The notes: generated from the sequence alone by a model not told the origin. 64,000 bases of DNA from Methanobacteriota archaeon (GCA_020696385.1 JAEHCQ010000005.1:122658-186657), one strand, 5' to 3'. Counted from the stretch's first letter, positions 47,101 to 56,585 are shown. Program-made: numbers and translations.

Positions 47101-47865
47101 TCAGATATGGACGGCGATGGTATTGGAGACAATGCTGATACCGATGTAGATGGTGATGGTATTTCTGACGCAGCGGATGTCTTCCCTACCAACCCCAATG
47201 AGTGGTTGGACACTGATGGTGACGGAGTCGGAGATAACTCTGACTGGGACATTGACGGTGACGGCGTGGCCAATACGAACGACGACTTCCCATACGGAGA
47301 TGGGGAGTGGAGAGATCTCGACGGTGACGGATTGGGAGACGGTGTTGACTCAGATATCGACGGCGACGGAATTGCCAATGTTGATGATGCATTCTCATTC
47401 AATGCAGAGGAATGGACAGACACAGATGGCGACGGCATCGGAGACAATAAGGACTGGGATGTCGACGGAGATGGTGTGTCAAATGCCATGGATGCCTTCC
47501 CATTCATAACAAGTGAATGGCTAGACACCGATGGTGACCTGATAGGCAACAATGCGGACACCGATGATGACGGAGACGGAATACTGGATGCAGATGATGA
47601 AGCACCATTGTACTTCAATGTGCCAGCAACTGTGATACCAGAATACCCAGAATACCCAGAGGAACAACCGGACATACCACTGTACCTGCTGTTGCTCATT
47701 CTGATCGTCACGATGGTACTTGTTCTACTGGCCACCAATAAGGTCAAGGACAATACCGAGTCACCTCAGTCAGACAAGCCGGAGACTCCAAAGGCAGAAA
47801 CACCAGAACCTAAGGCAGAAGAGCCAAAGGCAGAGGAGCCAAAAACAGACCTCGCCGAGGAATAG
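41173..47865 (+). CDS. Giant cell-surface protein (2230 aa): beta-helix (NosD/CASH-like) repeats, beta-propeller, TSP3 repeats, TM anchor
   Basis: Signal peptide; GIxx..I.NN.I..N repeats; D....HxVW repeats; many DxDGDGxGDN repeats; TM + PKAEE tail. Confidence 0.85.
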   Translation: MEEKSMKRSIAIILAIIMTATSMIAATNVVSANTGDPVELPPGSGYWETAGDWFVDTSTSFSNVEIWVQGDLTVNGASALLTLTNCLITIEGDLIIENAGTLTLRGTEVRILQPGLVDGVYNIYVRTGGVFTATDIDGIPSTDDGSLITAVGTTYEYDFTVETNAGAFSLVNSEISQCGYNDANPGLTIEINNVLMRDSHIFDSYNGTTFDGATLTSIYLKNMKYEDNVNGVAVHHGAVVTFDDSWLHSSSTYEVAVIDSDVYIYDTTIDSDHDSERGIWLYNNGTANIYNSRIMDANDYNIYVQYYSYLNIQDSNVFSASDDGIYIDDWSDADISNNEIFSNTDANIYLDDFSTAEIFNNDLFANGNSDEGVWVNDGSYANIYNNKIWDNGEEGIQVEDANASITNNWIYSNNWDGIYLNDADECYIADNEIIENAASTTYAGIQVDGGSMWNDIENNLIQESYYYNIRLEGNSHNNTFSDNMIYDITSTGSTYAGVYINGAGTRDNTFDSNAINMNYYGIYMINSPYNYFVDNNIDLNDYRGVYLNNADFNLFEYNTITRSGNGGANHGLYIEQTSGDNEFYYNSLSNRVNILCNNGTVVDNTEFDYNYYSDYTGFDTTADWIGDTGDYTIPGTTMHYDAHPQTKISPTGGNATTYASIGTSLNIDTSRDIHLPAQTPNAGSRTIPQVGIWYEYNLYMNDDDNPNNDNVYFHGDGPDRSFVDGYHAGNVFEFEDCDYIRFDSLSIDNGSGDGIYWEFYEGEDVQIWDTDYNLNPQIDITNCEFESSGSDGIEIGEFDNYGFQYLSDTGDAFQPVNVFDLLGNQHIFWVDPWDDNGAQIWYMMTDLNGNVLINGTAITPYNNDYDLKRPIPLVDSQNHINLVWKDDRFTHESIDTAHDLFFMRLNPYLDDRDGSPANPDVIKVVYDTQIITFPLDDDGYISYENELQMAGADIDSDDNIHLFWCEEDIEDWLYYNKIDRNGNTLIGPNELIFYDGNTANSNARPDLTVDNNDNLHLVWTDEYLTGGDDNDGDDELFYAMLDKFGNKLIDRTMISNDDDYVSQRGQVMVDSQNIVHVVWNDNGNDNDGPEVMYTKFNPYVDDMDGDRAMMANMRLVPNKYISGYGVNTDDEKSRHPYTAMDSNDEIHVVWHEKDRDYEVTYAKLDNDGNILDRFDITPYDLIDDPTYGDEHKIAVDQNNMPHIVWGDDSNYDIAYYNPYNTMYGSLTMNINDCNFIDQTTDGIYIDETYFIDLNLNINNCLFEDNDDDGIELDWIVQREHETSTINIQNSVFIDDDVSTDTGIYINNIEGGDAVVNIRNNEFYGDDQMDAIYWDYTNDDAEDDSADIPIGFVWLNVEDNYFYECDYGLYIYEFYFTDYLINFNYNVMELIDDEAIYVDYFESSAGTFNIIGNDLNQVDDGFYFDYPAYFDDAHDMGYTEAMMRPTYLNFIDNTMLGVEYYGIYVYENYYAPLYVNIDNCHIEGTGDDFSSFYGIYIEYAYYAPIHVDINNSYIAHGYYGYYMYEEDYTYMTTNIENTVFDDVYYGLYMEYPAYYEYHKLTMTDVDINVCYDGTGIEIYYACDDDGAVFDMILDNVNIHAYEGYSWYGDEYDYYDYGIYFDEFDNGRTYLTMTDCDITGYGSGGVYAENFYSAGTLSAWIYDCNFEDFPGEFAPSVYIDADGDEGGAVVYLISCDGDQTYYIYDDDAYYTNYGQYWDSYIYEGWWLDVEVLTGQYLNMAAENVDISVYDTDGSYITGGLTDGTGWVVDMIAYEMVLWSNGIEQNNPFTIVADNGAVTASAVVDIYADTQVTLTLTGDWDADGQNDLIDPDDDNDGVTDVNDAFPQDPAESADSDGDGIGDNADLDDDMDEDGIPDASDWDIDGDQVGNDNDAFPYDGTEWNDMDGDGIGDNTDADIDGDGFNNTAPVNETIPDDFPYDGSEWSDMDGDGVGDNSDWDMDGDLIGNDQDEFPADPTESSDMDGDGIGDNADTDVDGDGISDAADVFPTNPNEWLDTDGDGVGDNSDWDIDGDGVANTNDDFPYGDGEWRDLDGDGLGDGVDSDIDGDGIANVDDAFSFNAEEWTDTDGDGIGDNKDWDVDGDGVSNAMDAFPFITSEWLDTDGDLIGNNADTDDDGDGILDADDEAPLYFNVPATVIPEYPEYPEEQPDIPLYLLLLILIVTMVLVLLATNKVKDNTESPQSDKPETPKAETPEPKAEEPKAEEPKTDLAEE
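46620..47600 (+). repeat. Thrombospondin type-3 (Ca-binding) coding repeats
   Basis: Recurring FP.D..EW.DxDGDGxGDNxDxDxDGDG units. Confidence 0.85.
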
Positions 47866-47875
47866 ACAGAAAATG

Positions 47876-47911
47876 GGGAAGGCGCTCAGCCTTCCCCCCT
47901 TTTACTTTTTT
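47876..47911 (+). terminator. Hairpin + T-tract terminator
   Basis: GGGGAAGGC-gctca-GCCTTCCCC then CTTTTACTTTTTT. Confidence 0.75.
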
Positions 47912-48044
47912 AAGAAAATATGAATAGTACAGATGTATGATCCAGCTACCAATAATTCCCACGCATTTTGTTTATCAAACACGAATTAAATATTATTACA
48001 TTGATCACACTAATGCAATATAAATTTCTTTTACCGATCTTTAA

Positions 48045-49178
48045 CTAAGAATTTGCATCAATAAGATCCTGGGTGATCTCGATCAACTTCTTTGACTTCG
48101 CATTCTCAAAGAGCTTCAAGGCCTGTTTGAGCTTGAACACGCCCTCATCCTTACGAGCATTCTTTATGAGGCTTATGGCCAGTTCAAGAACTATAACACC
48201 ACTATCATATGGAATACCGAGGCCAGTCATGATCGCTTCAGCCTTCTCATGAAGATCTATGGCTTTTTCTCCATTACCATCCAGATCTTCCACCATGCCC
48301 ATGGACATATATATATAGGCTTTTAGATATTTATCTTCAAGATTGCCAGCATTCTTATCAGCCATATAAGCCATCTCTCTAGCAATTTTGATATTCTTCA
48401 AACGCGCATGGCACTCGGCGAGATTGAAGTACAGATAACCCAGGATGCGCTTATTGCCATCAGATCCAGTTACCTCGATGCCCTGATCGAACATCTCAAT
48501 GGCCTTATCATACTCCCCAAGGATCTTGTGTATCTCACCATGATTATTCAGCACTCTGGACAGATCAAAAGCATTACCAGATCTCTGAAAAGCTCCGATT
48601 GCCTTTTCATTGACCTCCAGAGATTTGTCATAATCACCCATGTCATTCCATGTACTGGATAGAAGTCCAGCGGCCTTGCCGATGAGATCATCACGCTCAA
48701 TATTCTCGCCGATCTCAAGAGCCTTCTTACCCTTGGCAATAGCCTCCATATTATCGCCCTTGCGCCAATAAACGAGGCCCAAGCCAGCTTCTGCAAGCCC
48801 CAGGTGATATGGATTTGAAAAGTTCTTGACGATCGTCTCTGCTTCCAGATATTTGGATCTGGCTTTGTCCCACTTACCACTACGTGCAAAGAGATCTCCG
48901 ATCTTTATCGTCGATTCTGCCTTTGATATAAGGTCTCTCTGCTCATCAGCCAGACGAACGATCCTCTCAAGACTAATGATGGAATCGAACCAACGGCTTT
49001 GCATACTGTCCGAATCTGCAAGTATGTTCAGAAGCTTGATGGTGGCCTTGATCGAAGCATTGTCATCGGATTTCTCCAATTGTTTGATACCTTCTCGGCA
49101 CAATGTCTTCGCTGTATCGTAATCCTCTTTATCAAAAGATTCTCTTGCCTGGATAATGATCTCTTCTGCAGGACTCAT
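48045..49178 (-). CDS. Tetratricopeptide-repeat protein
   Basis: Successive TPR units (LG.VY...GD...A); co-oriented 27 nt downstream of the STAND gene. Confidence 0.85.
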   Translation of the reverse strand: MSPAEEIIIQARESFDKEDYDTAKTLCREGIKQLEKSDDNASIKATIKLLNILADSDSMQSRWFDSIISLERIVRLADEQRDLISKAESTIKIGDLFARSGKWDKARSKYLEAETIVKNFSNPYHLGLAEAGLGLVYWRKGDNMEAIAKGKKALEIGENIERDDLIGKAAGLLSSTWNDMGDYDKSLEVNEKAIGAFQRSGNAFDLSRVLNNHGEIHKILGEYDKAIEMFDQGIEVTGSDGNKRILGYLYFNLAECHARLKNIKIAREMAYMADKNAGNLEDKYLKAYIYMSMGMVEDLDGNGEKAIDLHEKAEAIMTGLGIPYDSGVIVLELAISLIKNARKDEGVFKLKQALKLFENAKSKKLIEITQDLIDANS

Positions 49179-49205
49179 ATAATATGTATATTGAACTTCA
49201 ACTAT

Positions 49206-52200
49206 TTAACTTTGGCTTTCAATAGAGATCATTTTAATGCTTTTTTTAGTCTCTTTCACCCAAATACTGAGGCCCATGGATTCAAACAGCCTCAATGCTC
49301 TCTCCAATTCGACCATTGCCTCTTTTTCTCTCCCAGACTGGATCAATACCATCGCATTATCATATATCACCTTGGGAAGCTGTTTGGTATCATTCATCTC
49401 CTCCAGAAGGCTACGGCTTTCTGCAAAAGCCTTGAAGGCAAGGTCCATGTTCCCGGCCTTGCTTTCGATATTGCCCAATAATCGAAGGCCGATCGATCGT
49501 TCCATCTTGGCTCCTATGTCCTTTGAGATATCCATGGCTCTTTCCATAGCCTTCCTGGCCTCATCCATATGGTCCATTTTCAGATGTATGATACTGAGCT
49601 CGTGAAGACTGGATACAGTACCTTTTTTGTCTCCGATGATCTCCCTCATATCGAGACTTCGACCTGCATCATCCAGTGCCTGTTCATAGTCTCCCTGTAA
49701 ATAGAATACATCACTGATGTTTTCCAGTAATGTCGCAATGGCGTAGCGGTCCCCCAGAGTCTCCAGTATATCCAGGGCTTGAGTGAAATGGTGCATGGCG
49801 AGTTCAAGCTCCCCTTTATCCCGGTAGATATTACCGATATTGTTAATGGAGTATGCCACACCTTTTTTCATCCCGATCCTCATTCTTATCTCCAGGGCTT
49901 TCTCATGGTATTCAAGAGCCTCATCCAGCTCACCTCGATCTTCATGAACATTGCCGATATTGTTGAGAAGGATGGTTATTGTGTATTTCTCCCCGATCTT
50001 ATTGAAGATATCAAAAGCCTTCTTGTAGTTCTCCATCGCCTTGTCCAGCTCACCCTTTGATGAATGGACATTGGCCATATTGGTGAAGGCTGCGCCGATA
50101 CCATATTCGTAACCAATGGCCTCGTGATTGGTAAGAGCCCGTCTCATATACGTAAGGGCAGAGGCATAGTCTCCACGATTCCAGTTTACGAGTCCAATGG
50201 CCAATAACACCTCTCCGATATCCCCTGTAGGTGCACCATCATGAGCGAAGGAGCTCATTGCCTCCATGAAAAGTTCCAGAGCCTTTTCATGATCTCCACG
50301 CCTTCGATGGGTCTGACCTTTGGCCAGAATGATGCGCCCTCTTTCATCCGATGAGCTATCACCAAGGATCTCCAGAGCGGTATCCAGTAGCTCCAGTTTC
50401 TTATCATATTCACCCATCTTCTCCTGAATACTGGCCATGAGTCGTAATATCCTGGCCTTTGTCTCGGGATCGTCCGTGATATCCTTTGCCTCATCGAACA
50501 TGGACAAAGCCTTGTCATAATTGCCAAGAATGGAGTCCAGAAGACCCAACCGTTCCATAATATCCTCCTTTCTGAGAAGCATACTGGACATGGAACGTAA
50601 TTTCGGAATTATGCCCAGGCAAAACTCATAGAAATTCTTTGCTTCTTCAGGAGCAAAGCTTCCTTCCGCCATCTCCGCGGCCTTTACAGAATACATGAAA
50701 GCCTTATCATATTCTATGGATCGGCCAAAATGCCTGGCAATATCGTATACGACCTCATCGATATCATGTTGATACTTCACTTCCAGATAATTTCCAAGGT
50801 TCCTGTGATATATCGACCTCCACCTGTTATTTATATTATCATAGATAACTTCCTGAAATATAGGGTGAGAGAAGGTCAAGATGTCACCATCCATGCTCAA
50901 TATGCCAGAGTCCTCAAGTTTGGTAAGCGCGAGTTCTGGATTGCTTAGGGAAGCATGGGAAGCGATTATGCCCATATCGAAGACCTGGCCGATACAGGAT
51001 GCGTACTCGGCCATGGCGAGAGCTTCCGGACTAAGACCTTCCAGCCTTCTCATAACAGCTTCGTCAATGGTATCCGGTATCGCGATATCATCACTGACCA
51101 GTATGTATCTCCCGGATTCATGTACAATTCCGCCCTCGATCTCCATTTGATCTAAGACCTCGGTCATGAAAAAGGGATTGCCATTGCACTGGTCGGATAT
51201 TCTTTGTGGGAAGTCATCTGGAAAATCATTATCTGGATAGATGGTCTGTATCAGATCACAAATATCATCTCCTTCAAGATTTCCCAATTCCAGGTTTGAG
51301 ATATTCTCATCATCGCAAAGATCCGATAGGATGGGCGATGCGTTTTCCGGAATCACTGGCCTCATTGTTCCAAGCATGAGTGCCGACTCTCCAATGAGAT
51401 TCCTGGCCAGATATCTCATTACGAAAAGCGAAGAATCATCCGCCCAATGAAGATCTCCCATGTGAATTAAAATAGGCTTGTCCCTGCATTTCTCCTGAAT
51501 ACTGGACAGGACGAGATCGGCTATTCGCAATCTTTCATTCTCCAGCTTCATTCCTTCCAATTTTCTTCGTACAGTGAACTTCTTCCCGGACAGCTCATCG
51601 ATTATGGCCTGAAGACTGCCCAGGTTGGAAGTGGACCCGCTCCAGTCGGCCAGTATATCATGATTATCTTCCTCGATGCATTGAAGTGTGTTTCTCAGAG
51701 CGGACTTCATGTCCGGGTGTTCCTCTCCCTTGAATATGCCCGTCAGGAAAAGATGATCACCGTGCTCGATGAGGATCTTCATGTCTCCGTATTCCAGACG
51801 ACCAAGGCCAGTACTCTGCTGGCCGGAAGTGTCAAAGCTGTCCTTCACAAAACCCTGGACAGCGGATAGCATTCCTGCAAATATGTCCGCATCGAGATCG
51901 CCCCCTGTGATCATGGAAGATTCGCCCATGAGCAGGCCAGCTGCATTTATCGCGAATATCTCGGTGAAAGAAACGCTTTCTCTTTCATGGAAAATACCAG
52001 TCTGTGAGCCGATGATGGACTCGAAAAGTTGGAAGGGAGATACGGAATCACGTGTGGCCAAGCCAGATATGACACACATGTCCCGGGAAGCGACGGAATC
52101 CATGAACTGCTCGGCCAGCAAGGTCTTGCCAATACCCGCCTCTCCGGATATTATAAGACTGCTGCCATTTCCAGAGCTCGCCTTATTGAGAAGGTCTGTG

Positions 52201-52262
52201 AGCTTGGCCAGCTCTGATATTCTTCCCACGAATGGGGCATTACTTCCACTTCCGTCTCTCAA
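49206..52262 (-). CDS. STAND-like (AAA_16) ATPase with inserted roadblock-like domain and C-terminal TPR array
   Basis: FVGRISEL, GEAGIGKT, GDLHWAD, GNPFF, FSHP; more than 10 TPR repeats. Confidence 0.88.
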   Translation of the reverse strand: MRDGSGSNAPFVGRISELAKLTDLLNKASSGNGSSLIISGEAGIGKTLLAEQFMDSVASRDMCVISGLATRDSVSPFQLFESIIGSQTGIFHERESVSFTEIFAINAAGLLMGESSMITGGDLDADIFAGMLSAVQGFVKDSFDTSGQQSTGLGRLEYGDMKILIEHGDHLFLTGIFKGEEHPDMKSALRNTLQCIEEDNHDILADWSGSTSNLGSLQAIIDELSGKKFTVRRKLEGMKLENERLRIADLVLSSIQEKCRDKPILIHMGDLHWADDSSLFVMRYLARNLIGESALMLGTMRPVIPENASPILSDLCDDENISNLELGNLEGDDICDLIQTIYPDNDFPDDFPQRISDQCNGNPFFMTEVLDQMEIEGGIVHESGRYILVSDDIAIPDTIDEAVMRRLEGLSPEALAMAEYASCIGQVFDMGIIASHASLSNPELALTKLEDSGILSMDGDILTFSHPIFQEVIYDNINNRWRSIYHRNLGNYLEVKYQHDIDEVVYDIARHFGRSIEYDKAFMYSVKAAEMAEGSFAPEEAKNFYEFCLGIIPKLRSMSSMLLRKEDIMERLGLLDSILGNYDKALSMFDEAKDITDDPETKARILRLMASIQEKMGEYDKKLELLDTALEILGDSSSDERGRIILAKGQTHRRRGDHEKALELFMEAMSSFAHDGAPTGDIGEVLLAIGLVNWNRGDYASALTYMRRALTNHEAIGYEYGIGAAFTNMANVHSSKGELDKAMENYKKAFDIFNKIGEKYTITILLNNIGNVHEDRGELDEALEYHEKALEIRMRIGMKKGVAYSINNIGNIYRDKGELELAMHHFTQALDILETLGDRYAIATLLENISDVFYLQGDYEQALDDAGRSLDMREIIGDKKGTVSSLHELSIIHLKMDHMDEARKAMERAMDISKDIGAKMERSIGLRLLGNIESKAGNMDLAFKAFAESRSLLEEMNDTKQLPKVIYDNAMVLIQSGREKEAMVELERALRLFESMGLSIWVKETKKSIKMISIESQS

Positions 52263-52389
52263 TTATCTTCCTCAGCAGGTAAATACATAGTGCATAGAAA
52301 AGAGTTATCATGCACTTTCAGGCTCGCAATGGCAAATTATTGCTGACCATCATATCTTTATATTTTGCTGAAGTTCATGCTCTGATAAT

Positions 52390-53154
52390 ATGTCCAACAA
52401 TAAAGAACATGAACTACAGGGCAAGATCGCGGTCATAACCGGAGCATCCAGAGGCATTGGAAGAGGCATCGCGCTCGAGCTGGCAGGCAAGGGAGCCACC
52501 ATTGTTGGTATTTTTGCCAACAATGATGAAATGGCAAAAAGTGCCAGAGCCGAAATCGAGGCTCTGGGTGCGAAAGCCAAATTCTACCAATGCGATGTCA
52601 GTAGCCAGAAGGATGTCAGCGAAACGGCGAACTCGATAATTAACGAGTTCGGTTCTGTGGACATCCTTGTGAACAATGCCGGAGTTCACCAGCACCTCAA
52701 ATCCTGGGAGATGAGCATCGATGACTGGCGAAAGGTCATCGACATCAACCTGACTGGCACTTTCATGATGGCAAAGACTTTTATTCCCGCCATGAGAGAG
52801 CGAAGGTCGGGAAAGATCATCAATATCTCATCCTGTGTCGCTTACACTGGAACGGACCACGAAGTGCATTACGCGGCTTCGAAGGCGGGTGTCGTGGGAT
52901 TGACCAAGTCGCTGGCTCTGGAGCTCGCGGCAGATGGAATAAATGTCAATGCCATAGCTCCTGGCTATATCGAAACAGATATGGTTGTTTTCGATTCGGA
53001 GGAGGATAGAGGCAGGACGATCGAGACCATTCCAAAACTAAGGCTGGGGCAGCCCAGTGATATTGGAAAAGCAGTTATATTTCTCGCGACCAGTGATTCG
53101 GATTATATCACGGGGGAGATACTTCACGTGAATGGCGGACTGCTGATGGCTTAA
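52390..53154 (+). CDS. Short-chain dehydrogenase/reductase, FabG-like
   Basis: TGASRGIG, NNAG, YAASK, PGYIETDM, VNGG. Confidence 0.9.
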   Translation: MSNNKEHELQGKIAVITGASRGIGRGIALELAGKGATIVGIFANNDEMAKSARAEIEALGAKAKFYQCDVSSQKDVSETANSIINEFGSVDILVNNAGVHQHLKSWEMSIDDWRKVIDINLTGTFMMAKTFIPAMRERRSGKIINISSCVAYTGTDHEVHYAASKAGVVGLTKSLALELAADGINVNAIAPGYIETDMVVFDSEEDRGRTIETIPKLRLGQPSDIGKAVIFLATSDSDYITGEILHVNGGLLMA

Positions 53155-53178
53155 CACATATGATATAGGGGAAGAAAA

Positions 53179-53643
53179 ATGGAGCTGACACCACCGAAAA
53201 GGAGGGAGAGCGATTACCTTTACAGTTTCATCGCGATGATGATGTTCCCAGTGACCATGGTGCTCTTCACCATGCTGGACCACTCTGTCATAAACAAGAT
53301 GTGGTGGTTGGTTCAGTTATGCATGATCCCTTACTTCCTAGTCTTATATCACAAAACGAAGAAGCAAAATGATGAGTTTCTGAAGGACATCAAACCAGGA
53401 GAAGAAATTGATTATGTCAGCATGCAGAGACAGAGAGAATGGGTGCCAATATCTGGAGTAATCCTTTCGGTATTGGCCTTCATCATCAGGTCTACAATAT
53501 CATACGATCCGCATATTCCCTTTTACTTGATCATCATCTCTATCGGGGTCATGTTGGCCTCTATCTCACTATTCCAGTATTTCAGCAATAAGTTCTTAGA
53601 AGAGGTCAATGATTTCTATGGTGATGATAGAGAAGAGGAATGA
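53179..53643 (+). CDS. Hypothetical 4-TM membrane protein
   Basis: Four hydrophobic segments. Confidence 0.65.
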   Translation: MELTPPKRRESDYLYSFIAMMMFPVTMVLFTMLDHSVINKMWWLVQLCMIPYFLVLYHKTKKQNDEFLKDIKPGEEIDYVSMQRQREWVPISGVILSVLAFIIRSTISYDPHIPFYLIIISIGVMLASISLFQYFSNKFLEEVNDFYGDDREEE

Positions 53644-53708
53644 TCTGAATAGAAAGGAGATAAATTTTAATCCCAATACCCGTTCTCCCGTCCATAGAGT
53701 TGATAAAT

Positions 53709-55220
53709 ATGGATGAAGATTTTAAAGCACTGAATGAGAAGATCTCCGAGATGGGGGATCTGAATGCGGCGATCGCCCTCATGTACTGGGATCAATCCAC
53801 CTACATGCCGGATGGCAGCGCGATGGCCCGTGGTCGCCAGCTGGGAACTCTGAGTAAGATGTCCCACGAGATGTTCGTGGACCCGTCCATCGGTCAACTT
53901 CTTGGCAAACTGGAAGCCATGGAAAATTCCAACCCTTACGATTCCTTCGCAGCCAGTGTCCTCAGGGTGACAAGACGAGAATATGACAAAGCTACAAAAG
54001 TTCCTTCAGATCTTATTTCCAAGATATCCAAGCACAATGCGGAGAAGGGCCAGGCATGGACAAAAGCCCGCCCTGCCAATGATTTCTCAATGGTTCAGCC
54101 CTATCTGGCAAAGACCGTTGTCTATGGTCGCGAATTGGCAGATTGCTTTCCAGGATACGAGCACATTGCCGATCCTCTTATCGATGCTGCGGATTATGGC
54201 ATGAAGGCATCCAGTATTCGCAAATTATTTTCCGAGCTCAGGGAAGAGCTTGTCCCCATGGTGAAGAAGATAACAGAAAGTCAGCCAGTTGATGATTCTT
54301 TCCTAAAACAGCCCTATGACAGGGATAAACAATTCGAATTCGGAAAGATGCTGGCCAAGGATATCGGCTACAGTTTCGATACTGGCAGGGAGGATATGGC
54401 TCCCCATCCATTTACGATCTCATTCTCCATACACGATGTGAGGATAACAACGAGGATCGATCCGAATGATCCTCGTGATGCGCTTTTCAGCACAGTTCAC
54501 GAAGCTGGACACGGGATGTACGAGCAGGGAGTGGATCCGGCCTTTGAAGGAACTTCTCTGGCAGGTGGAACCTCATCAGGAGTGCATGAGTCACAATCCC
54601 GCCTTTGGGAGAACATCGTGGGCAGGAGCAAGAACTTCTGGAAATTCTATTATCCAAAGCTCCAGAAGGAGTTCTCGGTACAACTTACCAATACCACGCT
54701 GGATCAGTTCTATAGAGGCATCAACAAGGTGGAGCGCTCGCTCATCAGGACAGACGCGGACGAAGTTACTTACAACCTTCATGTGATGCTACGATTTGAC
54801 TTGGAGCTCGATATGCTGGAAGGGAAGCTGGACACCGCGGACCTTGCAGATGAATGGAAGAAGAGGTTCAAGGCCGATATGGGTATCGAGGTCCCGAATG
54901 ACACCAATGGCGCATTGCAGGACATTCACTGGTATCACAGCATGATAGGCGGCCAGTTCCAGGGATACACACTGGGAAATGTCATGGCTTCCCAGTTCTA
55001 CGAAGCGGCTTTAAAGGCGCACCCGGAGATCCCAAGGCAGATAGAGAATGGTAAGTTCAACACACTGCACACCTGGCTGAAGAACATGATATACCAGCAC
55101 GGGAGCAAGTTCACGGCCAATGAACTTGTGGAGCAAGTCACAGGAAGACCATTGACGATCGAACCTTACATGAAGTATCTGAAAGAAAAATACAGTGAGA
55201 TATACGATATCCAGTTATAG
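53709..55220 (+). CDS. Carboxypeptidase Taq, M32 family
   Basis: HPF, DVRITTR, HEAGH (HEXXH), HESQS, IRTDADE, LQDIHW. Confidence 0.95.
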   Translation: MDEDFKALNEKISEMGDLNAAIALMYWDQSTYMPDGSAMARGRQLGTLSKMSHEMFVDPSIGQLLGKLEAMENSNPYDSFAASVLRVTRREYDKATKVPSDLISKISKHNAEKGQAWTKARPANDFSMVQPYLAKTVVYGRELADCFPGYEHIADPLIDAADYGMKASSIRKLFSELREELVPMVKKITESQPVDDSFLKQPYDRDKQFEFGKMLAKDIGYSFDTGREDMAPHPFTISFSIHDVRITTRIDPNDPRDALFSTVHEAGHGMYEQGVDPAFEGTSLAGGTSSGVHESQSRLWENIVGRSKNFWKFYYPKLQKEFSVQLTNTTLDQFYRGINKVERSLIRTDADEVTYNLHVMLRFDLELDMLEGKLDTADLADEWKKRFKADMGIEVPNDTNGALQDIHWYHSMIGGQFQGYTLGNVMASQFYEAALKAHPEIPRQIENGKFNTLHTWLKNMIYQHGSKFTANELVEQVTGRPLTIEPYMKYLKEKYSEIYDIQL

Positions 55221-55565
55221 GTCCTTCCTTATCGCTTCAAGGTTCTCTTTCGCCTCTGGAACTACATCCAGTAATCCACCGACCAGATCGCATGCGAAGT
55301 CATCACAATGCGCACAATTCTCCAGATTCTTCGTCTTGCAACATGAGCGTATCTTGCATTCGAAGCAATGCCGGAACTTGGCACCGTCCTCATTAAGACA
55401 GCCAGAGCAATTTATGTCCTCTGGCTTGATATCCGCTTTGTATATCTCGGACCATTCTTTGGCAGCCTCAATCCTGAGGCTCACATCATCATTCGCAAAG
55501 GCCTTGAAGGCAGGACATTCATGGCATGCCAGACCACAATAAGCAATTAGTTTTTCTTCAGACAT
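55215..55565 (-). CDS. DUF3795-family Cys-rich protein
   Basis: IAYCGLACHECP, CSGC, CFECKIRSCC, CAHCDDFAC. Confidence 0.8.
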   Translation of the reverse strand: MSEEKLIAYCGLACHECPAFKAFANDDVSLRIEAAKEWSEIYKADIKPEDINCSGCLNEDGAKFRHCFECKIRSCCKTKNLENCAHCDDFACDLVGGLLDVVPEAKENLEAIRKDL

Positions 55566-55650
55566 GGAATCACAGGATGGATATTCACAAGGATGCTATA
55601 AGTTCTTTTGGTAATTATCGCAGCCTATATTATCACATTTTAATAATATA

Positions 55651-56247
55651 TTAAATATTATATTTATTATAATATTTATACGCTAATATAAATAGCCACA
55701 CTGCCGCTGGAAATACCGTGATGGCCTCGGGAATCGCCCATGCCTCACTTCCACCCATGAGCGCCCAGCCAGCAATTCCCATAAGGCCAAAGATTATACC
55801 AAGAATCCCGAGTATCCGTAGCTCAGTGTCTTTCATCATCGATAGGCCCAGGATGATGTAAGCCAGTAATACGAGAATGAAGAAGGACATCGCGAAGATG
55901 AAATGGATGGTATTGGTGGCATCATCCATTGTGAAGGCGCCGATACCAAAGAGGGCGATGGAAGCCAGCACCATGAAAAGGCTTCCAATTCTCATGCCTA
56001 TCTTTTCCATTTCAGTGTTCAGAAGCAATCCAATGGAAAAAATAAGATAAAAAACACCACAGATCATCAAGCCAGTATTGAAGAATACCCCATATTCCAT
56101 GATGCCCAGATCGCTGAGTGCGTGCTCGCTCCAGCTAAAATCTGGCGATAGTGCCATGGATATGAAGATGCCGAGTATAGCGACTGCTGGGCCTATCATC
56201 CCCAGCAGGGCGGCCTTTTTGATCCCGAGAGCGGTCTTTAGATACAC
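55651..56247 (-). CDS. DUF998-family membrane protein
   Basis: FSWSEHALSDLG, FFNTGL, IH, AIPE; about 6 TM helices. Confidence 0.75.
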   Translation of the reverse strand: MYLKTALGIKKAALLGMIGPAVAILGIFISMALSPDFSWSEHALSDLGIMEYGVFFNTGLMICGVFYLIFSIGLLLNTEMEKIGMRIGSLFMVLASIALFGIGAFTMDDATNTIHFIFAMSFFILVLLAYIILGLSMMKDTELRILGILGIIFGLMGIAGWALMGGSEAWAIPEAITVFPAAVWLFILAYKYYNKYNI

Positions 56248-56328
56248 ATACTGGAAATGATCACACTCTCTAATAAGCTTATGTGGAATTGGTTTACTGC
56301 CTGACCTGAGGGCGGTTCATCCAGATAT

Positions 56329-56580
56329 TCATTGATCGATCATGGCTTTTGCAATGAGTGCATCAGTCAGCCTCTTCAGGCATTCTTTCTGATAAGTCTC
56401 ATTGTATATCGCGCCCTGTATTATATTTGCTATCAAAGACCTAACCTCAGCTTCGGTCAGCTTGTCAATGGTATTATGAAGATCTTTCACTTGTTTCCTA
56501 ACCACAAACTTGCCCATTGGCCCGGAGTATTCCATCACAATGTTCTCGATATCTTCCAGATTGATATTTTCCATGGGCAT
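56329..56580 (-). CDS. Small helical hypothetical protein coupled to the HAMP gene
   Basis: YSGPMGKFVVRKQVKDL; 5 nt after the upstream stop, GGTGG RBS. Confidence 0.6.
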   Translation of the reverse strand: MPMENINLEDIENIVMEYSGPMGKFVVRKQVKDLHNTIDKLTEAEVRSLIANIIQGAIYNETYQKECLKRLTDALIAKAMIDQ

Positions 56581-56585
56581 CCCAC

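Noticed and set aside
46620-47600. Periodic DNA repeats that might be taken for a CRISPR array
   Set aside because: They are degenerate in-frame TSP3 coding repeats with no constant repeat/unique spacer pattern and no cas genes.
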